From: a virus | Taxonomy: Duplodnaviria; Caudoviricetes | Virus record (IMG/VR): IMGVR_UViG_2744054974_000002 | Coordinates: 4,951-68,950 of that record | Direction: 5' to 3' (one strand) | DNA length: 64,000 bases | Part shown: positions 40,790 to 50,235 of the stretch, piece by piece | Numbering within the stretch: position 1 is the first letter of the stretch | Layout of the letters: the number at the start of each line of letters is the position of its first letter | Program-made: the position numbers and the translations under genes | The notes under the pieces: model-generated | The model's input: only the letters and a program-made list of their open reading frames with translations | Database searches by the model: none | Told to the model about the DNA's origin: nothing

Positions 40790-40904
40790 TAAGTTTTTAG
40801 GATTCTATGCCTATTAAGTAGACGAAATATCGTAGTCAATTTGACTAGAGCAAATATAATTAATTTCAGAATAAATACTATTTTAGTTATTAATAAAAAT
40901 CAAT

Positions 40905-41423
40905 ATGTTAACCATGAAATACGAAATAATTTTACCTTTCCTTGCCTTATGTGTTTCTATAATTACACTTTTTATTACTTATTTTCAAAACAGAAAATCT
41001 AGAATATCTCAGATACAAACGGCAAAGTTGGAAGAGCTTTTAGAATGTATTTATGAACTTTCTAAATTCTACAATACTTTTAAAGAACTCGAACCTATTG
41101 TTCAAAGGGTAAAAACTCGTGATTATGATCTTAATGAATATTTTAAAACATACTATCATGAGTTTCTTCAAAAAAGAATGGATCGAATAGCATATTTATT
41201 TTCTAGAATAGAAGTTCTAAATAAAGTATACGCAATCAATTCTACTAGGGAAAAAATAACAGAATATCATAACATTATGTATTCTTTCTACAAGTATGTT
41301 TTAAGTCTTGAATATAGACGAAAAGATGAATTTAAGAATGGGTTTCCATCAGAAGGTGAAATTAGAGATAGAATAACATATATAGAGAGTAATTTATTGA
41401 CTAGTATAAAAAAATATAAATAG
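40905..41423 (+). CDS. accessory membrane-anchored protein
   Basis: N-terminal TM helix; AT-rich; opposite strand to the early operon. Confidence 0.7.
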   Translation: MLTMKYEIILPFLALCVSIITLFITYFQNRKSRISQIQTAKLEELLECIYELSKFYNTFKELEPIVQRVKTRDYDLNEYFKTYYHEFLQKRMDRIAYLFSRIEVLNKVYAINSTREKITEYHNIMYSFYKYVLSLEYRRKDEFKNGFPSEGEIRDRITYIESNLLTSIKKYK

Positions 41424-41451
41424 TAAAAGCCCCATTAATCGGGGCTTTTTA
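41417..41451. terminator. bidirectional terminator
   Basis: AAAAGCCCC-ATTAATC-GGGGCTTTT between convergent genes. Confidence 0.75.
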
Positions 41452-41452
41452 T

Positions 41453-42508
41453 TTATTTGGTTTCTTTATTATAGTAACATAGGTAATAGTACATCTGTTT
41501 TTCTTCATCCCAACCTTTTTCTATGAATTTATCTGCGCTTTCAGGGTTGATAAAATCTAAGCGAATCTGAATATTTGTATCCAGGTTGATCACGTTTTTA
41601 AATTTCTTGCGCGCTTCGGTTACGGCCTTGTTTGAAATTGGGAAGGAACTCACATCTTCGATACTGTATTTTTCGCCTTTGTCAACTTTGTAGTTTTTGA
41701 ACTCGGAAATTAGGTCGGGGTTATCGAGTACTTCGTTTAAGAAGTTCGTTTCTTCAAAGTCATCATTCTTCGCGAAGTAATCAACTGAGCGATTCAGAAA
41801 CATTACTTCTTCTTTTTTATCTTCAGCAGGAAGGACCACTTCTTTCGCGAAGTCTTGGCAGAATTTCAAATACTTTTTGGTGTGGAAGTTTTCATCTTCA
41901 AAAATATCTAGTCCAAGGAAATGCTCTAACCAATAACGTGCATCGTAACGGTTGCTGTCAATTGTCAAGATTTTGTAACCTTCTTCTTTTTTGTAGTTGA
42001 AGATTAAAACTCCTTTGTCTAGTTTGCCAAGGTTTACCCCTTGTTCTAGCCGCATCTTTAGGTTTGATTCCTCCTTGTCGAATTGGATAAAATCAGTTTT
42101 TATCTCACTTTTAAAGATACCGATCGCGTCAACTACATTGTTGTCGATCGATACATTGGTTAGGTAAGTAACATAAAGCTCTCCGCTTTTGATATGAGGG
42201 TGTCCGGACTGCTCGTAAAGATGGCGAGCGATTTCTTTTGATTTATCATGAGCCGAATTAGGATTTTGGAAAATGCTCGTTGCGATATTATACATGGTGT
42301 GAAATTCTAAATCAACATCATGTTCAAATCGGAAATAGTCTTCGTCTTTCTCTCGGAACGGTTTAAAGAAATACTCTTTAAGCAAAGGTGCGATTTCGTC
42401 TGTTAACGTATAAGGGTTTTCAGTCATAAAAACACCTTCGCCTCTTGCTTTGTTATTGATTTGGTGGATTGAAAGGCTTTCAATCTGTGTGTTGAATAAA
42501 TTAATCAT
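41453..42508 (-). CDS. nucleoid-associated protein (NdpA/YejK-like, Bacteroidota type)
   Basis: IARHLYEQS.HP.IK.GELYV, AIGIFKSE, KLDKG.LIFN and YW...FL motifs. Confidence 0.75.
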   Translation of the reverse strand: MINLFNTQIESLSIHQINNKARGEGVFMTENPYTLTDEIAPLLKEYFFKPFREKDEDYFRFEHDVDLEFHTMYNIATSIFQNPNSAHDKSKEIARHLYEQSGHPHIKSGELYVTYLTNVSIDNNVVDAIGIFKSEIKTDFIQFDKEESNLKMRLEQGVNLGKLDKGVLIFNYKKEEGYKILTIDSNRYDARYWLEHFLGLDIFEDENFHTKKYLKFCQDFAKEVVLPAEDKKEEVMFLNRSVDYFAKNDDFEETNFLNEVLDNPDLISEFKNYKVDKGEKYSIEDVSSFPISNKAVTEARKKFKNVINLDTNIQIRLDFINPESADKFIEKGWDEEKQMYYYLCYYNKETK

Positions 42509-42541
42509 TGTGGTAAATTTTAATAGGGTTTGTAATTATTT

Positions 42542-43225
42542 TTAGTATCCGTAATAAATCATGATGTTGTTTTCCCAATCGAATGTTTTGTAAATTCTAA
42601 CTAACTCAAAAACTGAATACTCGTATTTACAGCTTTTTGTAACAGCAGTTCCTCTCTCAAGATTATAAGGTCTTCTGTCGTGTGCCCAATCAAAATGCAT
42701 CTGTTTCAGATGTTCTATGATTTTATAGATTGCATTTTGCTCCTCTTGAGTTATTTTAGAAAAATCAAAAGTGTGTTGTTCTTCAAGAAGTGTATTGTAC
42801 TTCGATTTTGCAGAGTTCAAAAATTCGCTATGTTGTCGTGAGTATTTTTCTTCTGTGATATCAGGAAAAAAAGGAACCAACATATCTTGTTGGTATTTCT
42901 GAACTTTTAAAGAATAATAATCAATGATATATGCAAGAAATTCCTTTGTAACAACATGCAAGTCATTACCCGAAGCATAATATTCTGTTGTATCTTCTTT
43001 TTCAAAGAATTGCTTTACTGAAGTTTCTGGTGGTGTAAAATCGGTGTATTTACCAAATTCATATAATTCAGTTCCTAAATCATAAATACCTACATGTCCG
43101 TTATCATCAGGATCTTCATCATTATACACTTCTCCTTTTTGTTCGAATAGTTCTTTTAAAGTCATCGCTTTAAGTTTGTCGTATTCTTCTTTAGGTAAAA
43201 AACCTATGTATGTTCTATATCCCAT
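42542..43225 (-). CDS. hypothetical protein
   Basis: ORF in the early operon. Confidence 0.75.
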   Translation of the reverse strand: MGYRTYIGFLPKEEYDKLKAMTLKELFEQKGEVYNDEDPDDNGHVGIYDLGTELYEFGKYTDFTPPETSVKQFFEKEDTTEYYASGNDLHVVTKEFLAYIIDYYSLKVQKYQQDMLVPFFPDITEEKYSRQHSEFLNSAKSKYNTLLEEQHTFDFSKITQEEQNAIYKIIEHLKQMHFDWAHDRRPYNLERGTAVTKSCKYEYSVFELVRIYKTFDWENNIMIYYGY

Positions 43226-43227
43226 AT

Positions 43228-43578
43228 CTACTCTTGATTTTCGTGGATGTTTCCAACTATTTCTATTTGAGGGTACATGTCATCGTCGAAGTGCCAAAAA
43301 GGAATTGCTTGTACTACCTCTCTATTTTTTACAGAACACATTTGAAAAGCATTATTGTAAAACATTGCAATGGCTCCGTCTTGGTCAATATCTCCTTCGA
43401 AAATCTTAACTCCATTTCGGTCTTCTTTTCCAGTATATTGCCTAATATATACTAGTGGTAATTCATTCCATACATCACATTTTTCTTTTATGTTTGATAT
43501 ATCGTATAAACCGTATTGTTTTTTAACTATACCGTTTACGCTTTTAAATCCGTATTCAAATAATATTTCTCTACTCAT
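43228..43578 (-). CDS. YopX family protein
   Basis: REI.F, QYTG..D.NG.KIFEGDI and EIVGNIHEN motifs. Confidence 0.85.
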   Translation of the reverse strand: MSREILFEYGFKSVNGIVKKQYGLYDISNIKEKCDVWNELPLVYIRQYTGKEDRNGVKIFEGDIDQDGAIAMFYNNAFQMCSVKNREVVQAIPFWHFDDDMYPQIEIVGNIHENQE

Positions 43579-43880
43579 CTTGTTTCTTTTTTAGGTTCAT
43601 GTTTAGGACAATTTTTTCTGATAAAATCAAAGTCTTTGTGCGCAGGTACTCCAAGTCCTGAATGTTCGCAATTATTAGTTTTCCAAGTCTCTAAAAATTG
43701 TGGTTCATCTTCCATTCCATTACTATCGTTAACTATACATTGATTAACACAAGTAAGGCAAGTTTTAAATTTTGGATTCTTCCAACATTTACAATTTTCA
43801 TCATGTGTCATAGCTTGGTGTTTTTTCCAAAATCCACGTCCACAATCAGAATAATATCGTATTACTTTTTTAGAGTACAT
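43575..43880 (-). CDS. Cys-rich hypothetical protein
   Basis: Multiple Cys/His; operon context. Confidence 0.7.
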   Translation of the reverse strand: MYSKKVIRYYSDCGRGFWKKHQAMTHDENCKCWKNPKFKTCLTCVNQCIVNDSNGMEDEPQFLETWKTNNCEHSGLGVPAHKDFDFIRKNCPKHEPKKETR

Positions 43881-43882
43881 TG

Positions 43883-44434
43883 TTATTCTTTTTTATAAAA
43901 CGCGACTAATACAATGCGCTTTCCGTTATGAATTTTTGCAGGGAACTTGCTGTGAAACAAATTTGATTTGTAAGTAACTAAGCGATTCGGCTCGCTAAAT
44001 AATATTTGCTGAATACTCCATTTCTCCCAATCGTTTGCATCTTCTGTAATCAGCCGATCGAACTCTTCGTTTGTAACATCTTCTGGTAGTTCTTCTCCGT
44101 GAATATGGTGTTTCCAGAATGCGGTGCCGTTTTCGGTAGTTCCGTCTTTTGGGTTGATGTATAATACCTTGGCAAGTGCTGTTTTTTCGCCTTGGATGAT
44201 GTTGTCTGCATGAATTCTGAGGTCAGTATCAAATTTGGACGTTGCTTGCCTAATGAATGTTGTAATTAGTTCGTGGTCTTCCACTTGTAAATGAGGAAGT
44301 ATTTCCTTTGGAGTTTCTAAAATATCGAACTCCTTATCGCCTAGTTTGATTCGTTGAAAATCTGTGTTTAGGCAATAGTTTTGCAGTTCCTCAAATAACT
44401 CTTGAGGAAGAAAATTGTCTTCGGTATGTTTCAT
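43883..44434 (-). CDS. 2OG-Fe(II) oxygenase-like protein
   Basis: IHAD (HxD), VLYIN, GTAFW, NRLV.Y....FHS and distal R..LV.FY. Confidence 0.75.
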   Translation of the reverse strand: MKHTEDNFLPQELFEELQNYCLNTDFQRIKLGDKEFDILETPKEILPHLQVEDHELITTFIRQATSKFDTDLRIHADNIIQGEKTALAKVLYINPKDGTTENGTAFWKHHIHGEELPEDVTNEEFDRLITEDANDWEKWSIQQILFSEPNRLVTYKSNLFHSKFPAKIHNGKRIVLVAFYKKE

Positions 44435-44444
44435 AGTATGTGGT

Positions 44445-44537
44445 TTAAGAAAAGATGTAATTCAGTACGATGATTGCAGTAGCTAAAGCAATCAATAGAG
44501 CCGTTTCTAAGGATGGGTATTTGTGTCTTTTTTGCAT
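44445..44537 (-). CDS. 30-aa membrane peptide (not in ORF track)
   Basis: MQKRHKYPSLETALLIALATAIIVLNYIFS; fills the intergenic gap. Confidence 0.5.
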   Translation of the reverse strand: MQKRHKYPSLETALLIALATAIIVLNYIFS

Positions 44538-44539
44538 AG

Positions 44540-44899
44540 TTATAGTAAGTTATTTTCTCTTTCTAGTTGTTCAATAATAGCCGTTAGTTTAGTAGGATCA
44601 TCCAATTCAACTATTTTAGCAAATCGAATTGCCAAATCACTTGTTACTATGCTATCCCCTCGTATTTTTATACCATTTATTTCAAGTTCGTAAAGTAAGT
44701 CATCAGTGTTACAATCTTCTAAATGGTCATAGTTACAACGTTCTTTAACTTCATTTTCATTTATCATGTCTAGCCTCCATTCTGCGTAAATTCTTACATT
44801 ATGGTGCCCTACAACCTTTAATACCTCATCGCTGTATTTTATAAAATACTTTTTACTGCCTTTGAGTGCATTTCTAAATAGTTTCTCTTGGATTGTCAT
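44540..44899 (-). CDS. hypothetical protein
   Basis: ORF in operon. Confidence 0.7.
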   Translation of the reverse strand: MTIQEKLFRNALKGSKKYFIKYSDEVLKVVGHHNVRIYAEWRLDMINENEVKERCNYDHLEDCNTDDLLYELEINGIKIRGDSIVTSDLAIRFAKIVELDDPTKLTAIIEQLERENNLL

Positions 44900-44901
44900 A
44901 A

Positions 44902-46284
44902 CTACGCTATTTTTTTAGATTCAAAATGTTTTAAAATTCCTAGAGTATTTGCGGTAGCAAGAGCTTTAGATATATTCACGTCAACAGCATTCCCAATGTA
45001 TTTTTTTTGCTCTGCCTGTGTTCCTTTTAAAATGTAATCTTTCGGGAAGCCTTGAATTTGTTTTAACTCAGGTATTTTAAGCATACGCATATAAATATCA
45101 CTTATGCCATGTTCAGTCATTAATGCATTAATTAAGTACAAAGGTGATTTATCTTGTCTGGCAATAACCGTTGGGCATGGTCGATTTATAGAAGTTGAAT
45201 GACCTCCATATGCAGGATTGAATATAAAAGTTAATAAATTTTGCTTAGGCGTTGTTGTAACTGTCCTAGAAGGTTCATTAATAGATGAACAAAATCCTGT
45301 TTTATATTGGTTAAAAATGAGTTGTATTTTTGCAAAACGATCTTTTGTTGTAACAGTTCCCGCTGGGCTATTTACAGAATTGTAATTTATACCATTCCCA
45401 TAATACTTATAAAGAAAAACATCCTCTTCTTCCTTTAATGCTTTTATAATTCCTTTATAAATAACTTCAAGAGTTTTATCAACTAATGGCTTTTTTCTGT
45501 TAAAAATAGATTTGCCATAATCTCCCAGCTCTAAAATTTCCTTTACAGAATTCCATTTTTGTAATTCCTTGTCGAATAGATTGTCTTCAGGATTTTTAGC
45601 ATTAGTTCTATCTGGCCAACATATTGGAAATCCTTTTTTGCTAAATTGTATGAATAGCCTTTCACGAGTCTGATATGAACCATAATCAGCTGAATTACAT
45701 ATTTTATATTCATAATCATATCCTTTGTTTTTTATGGAATCTACCCAAGGATGGTAAAAAGTCCCTTTCTTGGTTTTATCTGGTATGTTTATATACTTTC
45801 CCTGTTTGTTTAATGATAGTACAGAATATAATCCAGATTCATGTAAATCAGATTTTAAACGAATTGGTCCCCAGTCTAAAAATTCAGTTACATTTTCAAT
45901 ATAAAAATAATCTATATCTAAAGCATCCAAATATATGTTCATATGATTAGCTAAACTTCTAGAATCCCCATCCCGTGATTGTCCCCCTTTTGCTCTTGAG
46001 TGGTTTGTACATTCCAGAGACGCCCAAAGATTAATAACTACATACGGTTCTTTTTTACGGATATTATCTACAATGTTTTTAATTTTCTGTACAACTTTAA
46101 AATCGCGTATATCCTCTGTAAAGTGTATTGCGCTTGGATGATTTGCTTTGTGTGATTCAATAGCATTTTTATCATGGTTTACACACGCAAGTACTTCTGT
46201 ATTTTCTCCAACTAGGTGAATACCTGTTGTGGTACCTCCCCCTCCACAAAAGAGGTCTATCCAATAAATTTTAATTCTATTCAT
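44902..46284 (-). CDS. C5-cytosine DNA methyltransferase
   Basis: DLFCGGGG (motif I), WASLECTNHS (IV variant), ENV (VI), Q.R.RLF (VIII), RML...EL..IQGFP..Y, IGNAV (IX-X). Confidence 0.9.
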   Translation of the reverse strand: MNRIKIYWIDLFCGGGGTTTGIHLVGENTEVLACVNHDKNAIESHKANHPSAIHFTEDIRDFKVVQKIKNIVDNIRKKEPYVVINLWASLECTNHSRAKGGQSRDGDSRSLANHMNIYLDALDIDYFYIENVTEFLDWGPIRLKSDLHESGLYSVLSLNKQGKYINIPDKTKKGTFYHPWVDSIKNKGYDYEYKICNSADYGSYQTRERLFIQFSKKGFPICWPDRTNAKNPEDNLFDKELQKWNSVKEILELGDYGKSIFNRKKPLVDKTLEVIYKGIIKALKEEEDVFLYKYYGNGINYNSVNSPAGTVTTKDRFAKIQLIFNQYKTGFCSSINEPSRTVTTTPKQNLLTFIFNPAYGGHSTSINRPCPTVIARQDKSPLYLINALMTEHGISDIYMRMLKIPELKQIQGFPKDYILKGTQAEQKKYIGNAVDVNISKALATANTLGILKHFESKKIA

Positions 46285-46286
46285 AA

Positions 46287-46904
46287 CTAAATCTGGTCTA
46301 AAATTGATAATTGGTTCTTCTGAGCAACCTTTTCTTTCTCCTTGCGTTCCGCTTCTTTCAAAACCTTTCTTGCAATACCAATCATTGATTTTTCATCTTC
46401 TTTGTAGGCTTGGATTAAGCCCGTTAGATTGATTAAATCAACAAAGTTTACTGACGCGATTTCGTGTATAAATTCATCGAAACACCCTTGAACATCGTCA
46501 ACATCTTCTTCTTTTTTCTTTACGAAATGTTTGTAATCAGGTATCAATCCCTTTACTGCTTCTGATGCATGCTTTAGGTGTTTGTAGGCTCCTTTCATCA
46601 CTTGACTTTTGAGAGGGAGGTTTGGAAGTGTGTGTTCAAATAAAACACTAAGCGAGGCAGACATAATCGTGATTTTAGTCATGGCATTTGCCTTAGAATA
46701 AATCAACTCACTTTCTGTAATTGGTTCTACTTTTGCCTCGCCTAGTTGTCTAGCAACAATAATTGCTTGTGCCTCTTTGTTTGTGTTAGCATATGTAGCA
46801 TTTGCTAAATCACAGAAGTAATTATATTTCCCGTTGTAGTATGTTTTTTTACTGCCTTCACCTTTTGTGATGATGAAGTATTTAGGCTCGTTTTGTGTGT
46901 TCAT
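46287..46904 (-). CDS. hypothetical protein
   Basis: ORF in operon. Confidence 0.7.
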   Translation of the reverse strand: MNTQNEPKYFIITKGEGSKKTYYNGKYNYFCDLANATYANTNKEAQAIIVARQLGEAKVEPITESELIYSKANAMTKITIMSASLSVLFEHTLPNLPLKSQVMKGAYKHLKHASEAVKGLIPDYKHFVKKKEEDVDDVQGCFDEFIHEIASVNFVDLINLTGLIQAYKEDEKSMIGIARKVLKEAERKEKEKVAQKNQLSILDQI

Positions 46905-46905
46905 T

Positions 46906-47646
46906 TTAAAAAAGTTTTGTTTGTGAGGATTCGTTATTTATTCTTTCAACTCCTAAATCGAAGTAGACTTTTTCAATTTCTAAACAGTTGTATTCTTTGA
47001 AATTGAATTTCATAGCACTTAATGCACAGCTGAATGATCCAGCATGTGTGTTAATTACTTTAAAGTTCGGTTTTGTGAAGTTTTTGTAAATCCAATCGTA
47101 AAGAATGATTGGCTTTTCTGTTGGGTGTATTCTTTTTTGATTTAAGGTTTTGTCACCTTGCATTATATGCCCTTCATTCATAGATTTTCCTTGCAACATT
47201 CCATTCCACATAAATCTGAAAACAGTAGTTGGAATATCAAAGTTTGTGTATGCTAATTCGTAGTCATTAAAACTCGATTTTCCATTGCATTTATCCCATA
47301 TAATCCAATTCTTAGGATTTTTATCAATAAAATCTTGGAGCTCTTTTTGTCCTCTTGGTGTCTTAAAAGGAACTCCTATAAAATCAAAATAATTAGCTCC
47401 CCAAACAATCCAATGTTTACAAGTTCTTTTAAGTTCAATAAACCATTTTAAGTCAGGAACTTCCCAATTGTTTGTAATAGGATAATCTCTTCTTTTTATG
47501 TTTAGTTTATTTACTTTGTTTCCATAGTACCCTCTTTTTTCAGGACCTTTGAAATATGGTGGGTCTGCATCTCCTAAATCAAAATACTTATCAGGCTTCG
47601 TTTTTAAGAAATCATAACAACAGTTATTGATAGGAATAATGTTCAT
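46906..47646 (-). CDS. N6-adenine/N4-cytosine DNA methyltransferase (beta class)
   Basis: DPPY, IIWDK, HPTEKP..LY and THAGS.S motifs. Confidence 0.88.
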   Translation of the reverse strand: MNIIPINNCCYDFLKTKPDKYFDLGDADPPYFKGPEKRGYYGNKVNKLNIKRRDYPITNNWEVPDLKWFIELKRTCKHWIVWGANYFDFIGVPFKTPRGQKELQDFIDKNPKNWIIWDKCNGKSSFNDYELAYTNFDIPTTVFRFMWNGMLQGKSMNEGHIMQGDKTLNQKRIHPTEKPIILYDWIYKNFTKPNFKVINTHAGSFSCALSAMKFNFKEYNCLEIEKVYFDLGVERINNESSQTKLF

Positions 47647-48144
47647 TTATAAAAAGATTAATTTACCTTGTAAACCGCTATTGATGATTGTATTGGTATC
47701 GTTCTCTGTATAAGAAATCAATACAGATGGTGCTCCACCATTTGCTTTTGCTTTTTTGCCTTTCACATCATAAAATGTTAATCTGCCTTTTAAGAAAAAT
47801 ATCGAATGAGCATAATTAAATACTAGATCTTGAAAGTAAGTTGTTTCTGTTCTAGCAAACATTAAGCAAATTCCGTTCTTGTGATCTGCCATTTTCTTCA
47901 ACCATTTATGAATGTGATATCTGTTATATGGCGGATTTAACCAGACTCTACCTTCCCAATTTTGTTGCAAACCATCATCTTGAATTGTAAGATGTTTTTT
48001 TGCTGTGTGCCATGGTCTTTTTATTGGGGAACAAGGGTCTAAATCAAATTCGCCTAGTTTTTCCAATATTTCAGGTGGTGTTAACCACTCGTCATTTTTT
48101 CCTTCTGGTGCTTGATGCCCTCCAATTCCTTTCATTTTAAACAA
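47647..48144 (-). CDS. phage N6-adenine DNA methyltransferase (Dam-like)
   Basis: DEW.TP, FDLDPC, DGL...W.G.VWLNPPY, ART.T and GRL.F motifs. Confidence 0.88.
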   Translation of the reverse strand: MFKMKGIGGHQAPEGKNDEWLTPPEILEKLGEFDLDPCSPIKRPWHTAKKHLTIQDDGLQQNWEGRVWLNPPYNRYHIHKWLKKMADHKNGICLMFARTETTYFQDLVFNYAHSIFFLKGRLTFYDVKGKKAKANGGAPSVLISYTENDTNTIINSGLQGKLIFL

Positions 48145-48201
48145 TAGATTATCTGTCCGAGTTGCTTCGGATAGTGTTAAACAATAAGTTTTTGTTGATT
48201 T

Positions 48202-49104
48202 TTATTTAAGCCAATCCTCGATTGATTTGTTCTCGTTGATTCGCTTTTGGAATACTCCCTCTAAGACAATTTGCTGAAGTTTTAACTCGATTTTCTCGTG
48301 TTCGCTTTGTTGTACTTGGGAAAGGATTTGCTGTAAGAAAGCTCTATTTTGTGTACGTTCGGGATTGGAAATTTCATCCTTGATTTCTTTTTCTACCAAT
48401 TCCTGAGCTAATCGTCTTTTTTCAGAATACCATTCTTTGAGTTTAGGCGACGATTTTTCATTCGGATAAGGGATAACTCCTCTTTCTACTAATTCTTGAA
48501 ATACGTGGCTAAAAGGCGGTAAAAAAGACTGATTTGATTTGTATTCTTCAAACAGTCTTTCGATTGCTTGATTCATGATGTCCGTTTTTTGGCTTTCAGA
48601 AACGGCAGGAAGTTGATTTTGAACAGGAATTACACTTTCGCGAGTAATGTTGTGTTTTTGCTTTAGTTCGAGTTTCCAAGCTTCGTATTTTTGAAGAATT
48701 TCAGCAGCGTATCCTGTATCGAAAAGTTGATAGTGTTCAGTTTTACTTTCATACATCCGCATTCGCTCTAGTTCAAAAGCTTTGTAAATTTCTTCTGGTG
48801 TCAGGTGAGCATAAGCCATCATGAACATTCTCATGATTTCACTCATGGTCAGCTGATCAGTTTTTTCTTTCATCCCACTTAACGCAATTGATTTGGTCAA
48901 AACCTGAGTAAGCAACATAGACAGTGTTTCATCGTCCAATCGTTCCCGAATCGTTTTGCTTAGGTAAGTTTTTTTTACAAAACTAATTGGCGTCGCCAAG
49001 CATCTGCTTTCTAACTCGTTCAGCTGCTTCGTAACCAACATTGGCGTTGTGTTGGATTGTGTCGATTGATTGGCGACCGACAAACCTTTCTTGCTGTTGT
49101 CCAT
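48202..49104 (-). CDS. hypothetical protein, possible replication accessory (lambda P position)
   Basis: Overlaps the 3' end of the initiator gene; positional inference. Confidence 0.55.
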   Translation of the reverse strand: MDNSKKGLSVANQSTQSNTTPMLVTKQLNELESRCLATPISFVKKTYLSKTIRERLDDETLSMLLTQVLTKSIALSGMKEKTDQLTMSEIMRMFMMAYAHLTPEEIYKAFELERMRMYESKTEHYQLFDTGYAAEILQKYEAWKLELKQKHNITRESVIPVQNQLPAVSESQKTDIMNQAIERLFEEYKSNQSFLPPFSHVFQELVERGVIPYPNEKSSPKLKEWYSEKRRLAQELVEKEIKDEISNPERTQNRAFLQQILSQVQQSEHEKIELKLQQIVLEGVFQKRINENKSIEDWLK

Positions 49105-50029
49105 TCTGATTCTGATTTTTGTTATTACTCACCCACTCAGATTTAAAACCTTGCCACCCTCTGTTAATACATTCAATAAAAATTTCATTTGCATGTAAAT
49201 CGGTTTTGTTTATTTCACTGACTAAACTTTTTAAAGCAGTTTCACTAAACGAAGCCTTTTTCTTTTTTCGATGGTTGATATAATCATCAAGTATTTTTTC
49301 ATCTACTCCAATACTTAGAAAATGTTGTCTAAAAACTTCAGTCTCATTTATTTTTTGACTTTTTGGGAAGAATTTATTTAGCCAAGTTTGGAAATAAACT
49401 TTGTTGTGTGGAATTGCATGTTTATATAATTTTTCGAAATCAATTTCAACGCCCTCAGTTTTTTCTAAAAATTTTTCGAGATCAATTTTGAATGACATTT
49501 TCTTGCCATTGTAGATTTTCCAAATTCTAAAAACCTTAGACTTGATATCTTCATTGCCTTTTTCAAAATCTGATTCGCTAATATTATTAGATATATCTTC
49601 AGATATATCTTTATTAGTATTACTTAGTATAGTATTACTAATATTAGCTAATTCCCCGCTAGCGGATACACCGACGTCGGTAAACCCGCTAGCGGATAAT
49701 CCATCGGCGGATAAACCGTCGGCGGTTTTTTGTACCACGGGTGATAAAATCTCATAAATGATACCGTTAAAAACGCCTTTATCATTCTTGATTTTGTGCC
49801 TTAAAAGCAGGTTTTCATTTTCCAAATTCTTTAAAATTCTCTTGATTGTCCCTTCGCTTTCTTTGGTCTGATTAGATATTTTTTTTGCTGAAAACTCCCA
49901 GTCATTCGGTTTAGAAAGCAAGTAAACATAAAGCCCCTTTGACTCAAAAGTCAGTTTTTCACTATTTAGAATTTCATTCTGAACTATTGTGAAATTTCCT
50001 TGTGTTTTGTTTATAAAATTTCCCATCAC
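48983..50029 (-). CDS. phage replication initiator (wHTH)
   Basis: NFT.V.N.IL....LT.E.KGLY.YLLSKP.DW N-terminus, internal iterons, C-terminal GWQGF. Confidence 0.8.
   Translation of the reverse strand: MMGNFINKTQGNFTIVQNEILNSEKLTFESKGLYVYLLSKPNDWEFSAKKISNQTKESEGTIKRILKNLENENLLLRHKIKNDKGVFNGIIYEILSPVVQKTADGLSADGLSASGFTDVGVSASGELANISNTILSNTNKDISEDISNNISESDFEKGNEDIKSKVFRIWKIYNGKKMSFKIDLEKFLEKTEGVEIDFEKLYKHAIPHNKVYFQTWLNKFFPKSQKINETEVFRQHFLSIGVDEKILDDYINHRKKKKASFSETALKSLVSEINKTDLHANEIFIECINRGWQGFKSEWVSNNKNQNQNGQQQERFVGRQSIDTIQHNANVGYEAAERVRKQMLGDAN
49580..49725. repeat. putative replication origin: five 10-bp iterons with 15-bp period plus an AT-rich tract
   Basis: CCGCTAGCGG(49656), CCGACGTCGG(49671), CCGCTAGCGG(49686), CCATCGGCGG(49701), CCGTCGGCGG(49716). 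Confidence 0.75.
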
Positions 50030-50217
50030 TTTTTAACTAGTTTACGTGTCCTTCCATCCACTTGTACCCAAGTGTAACCTTTATCGAACTTTTTCTGTTC
50101 GCGTTCTTCATTCTTCTGAGAAAGTGTCTTTGCTATGTCTTTCAACTCAGCTTGTTCTTCCCAGATAGAAAGGGGCTCTTTTTCAAGAACCCGCTTCTTT
50201 TTGGTTTGCTTAGTCAT
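50026..50217 (-). CDS. hypothetical protein
   Basis: ORF overlapping the start of the initiator. Confidence 0.65.
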   Translation of the reverse strand: MTKQTKKKRVLEKEPLSIWEEQAELKDIAKTLSQKNEEREQKKFDKGYTWVQVDGRTRKLVKK

Positions 50218-50235
50218 TTTTAATAGGGTTAAAAA

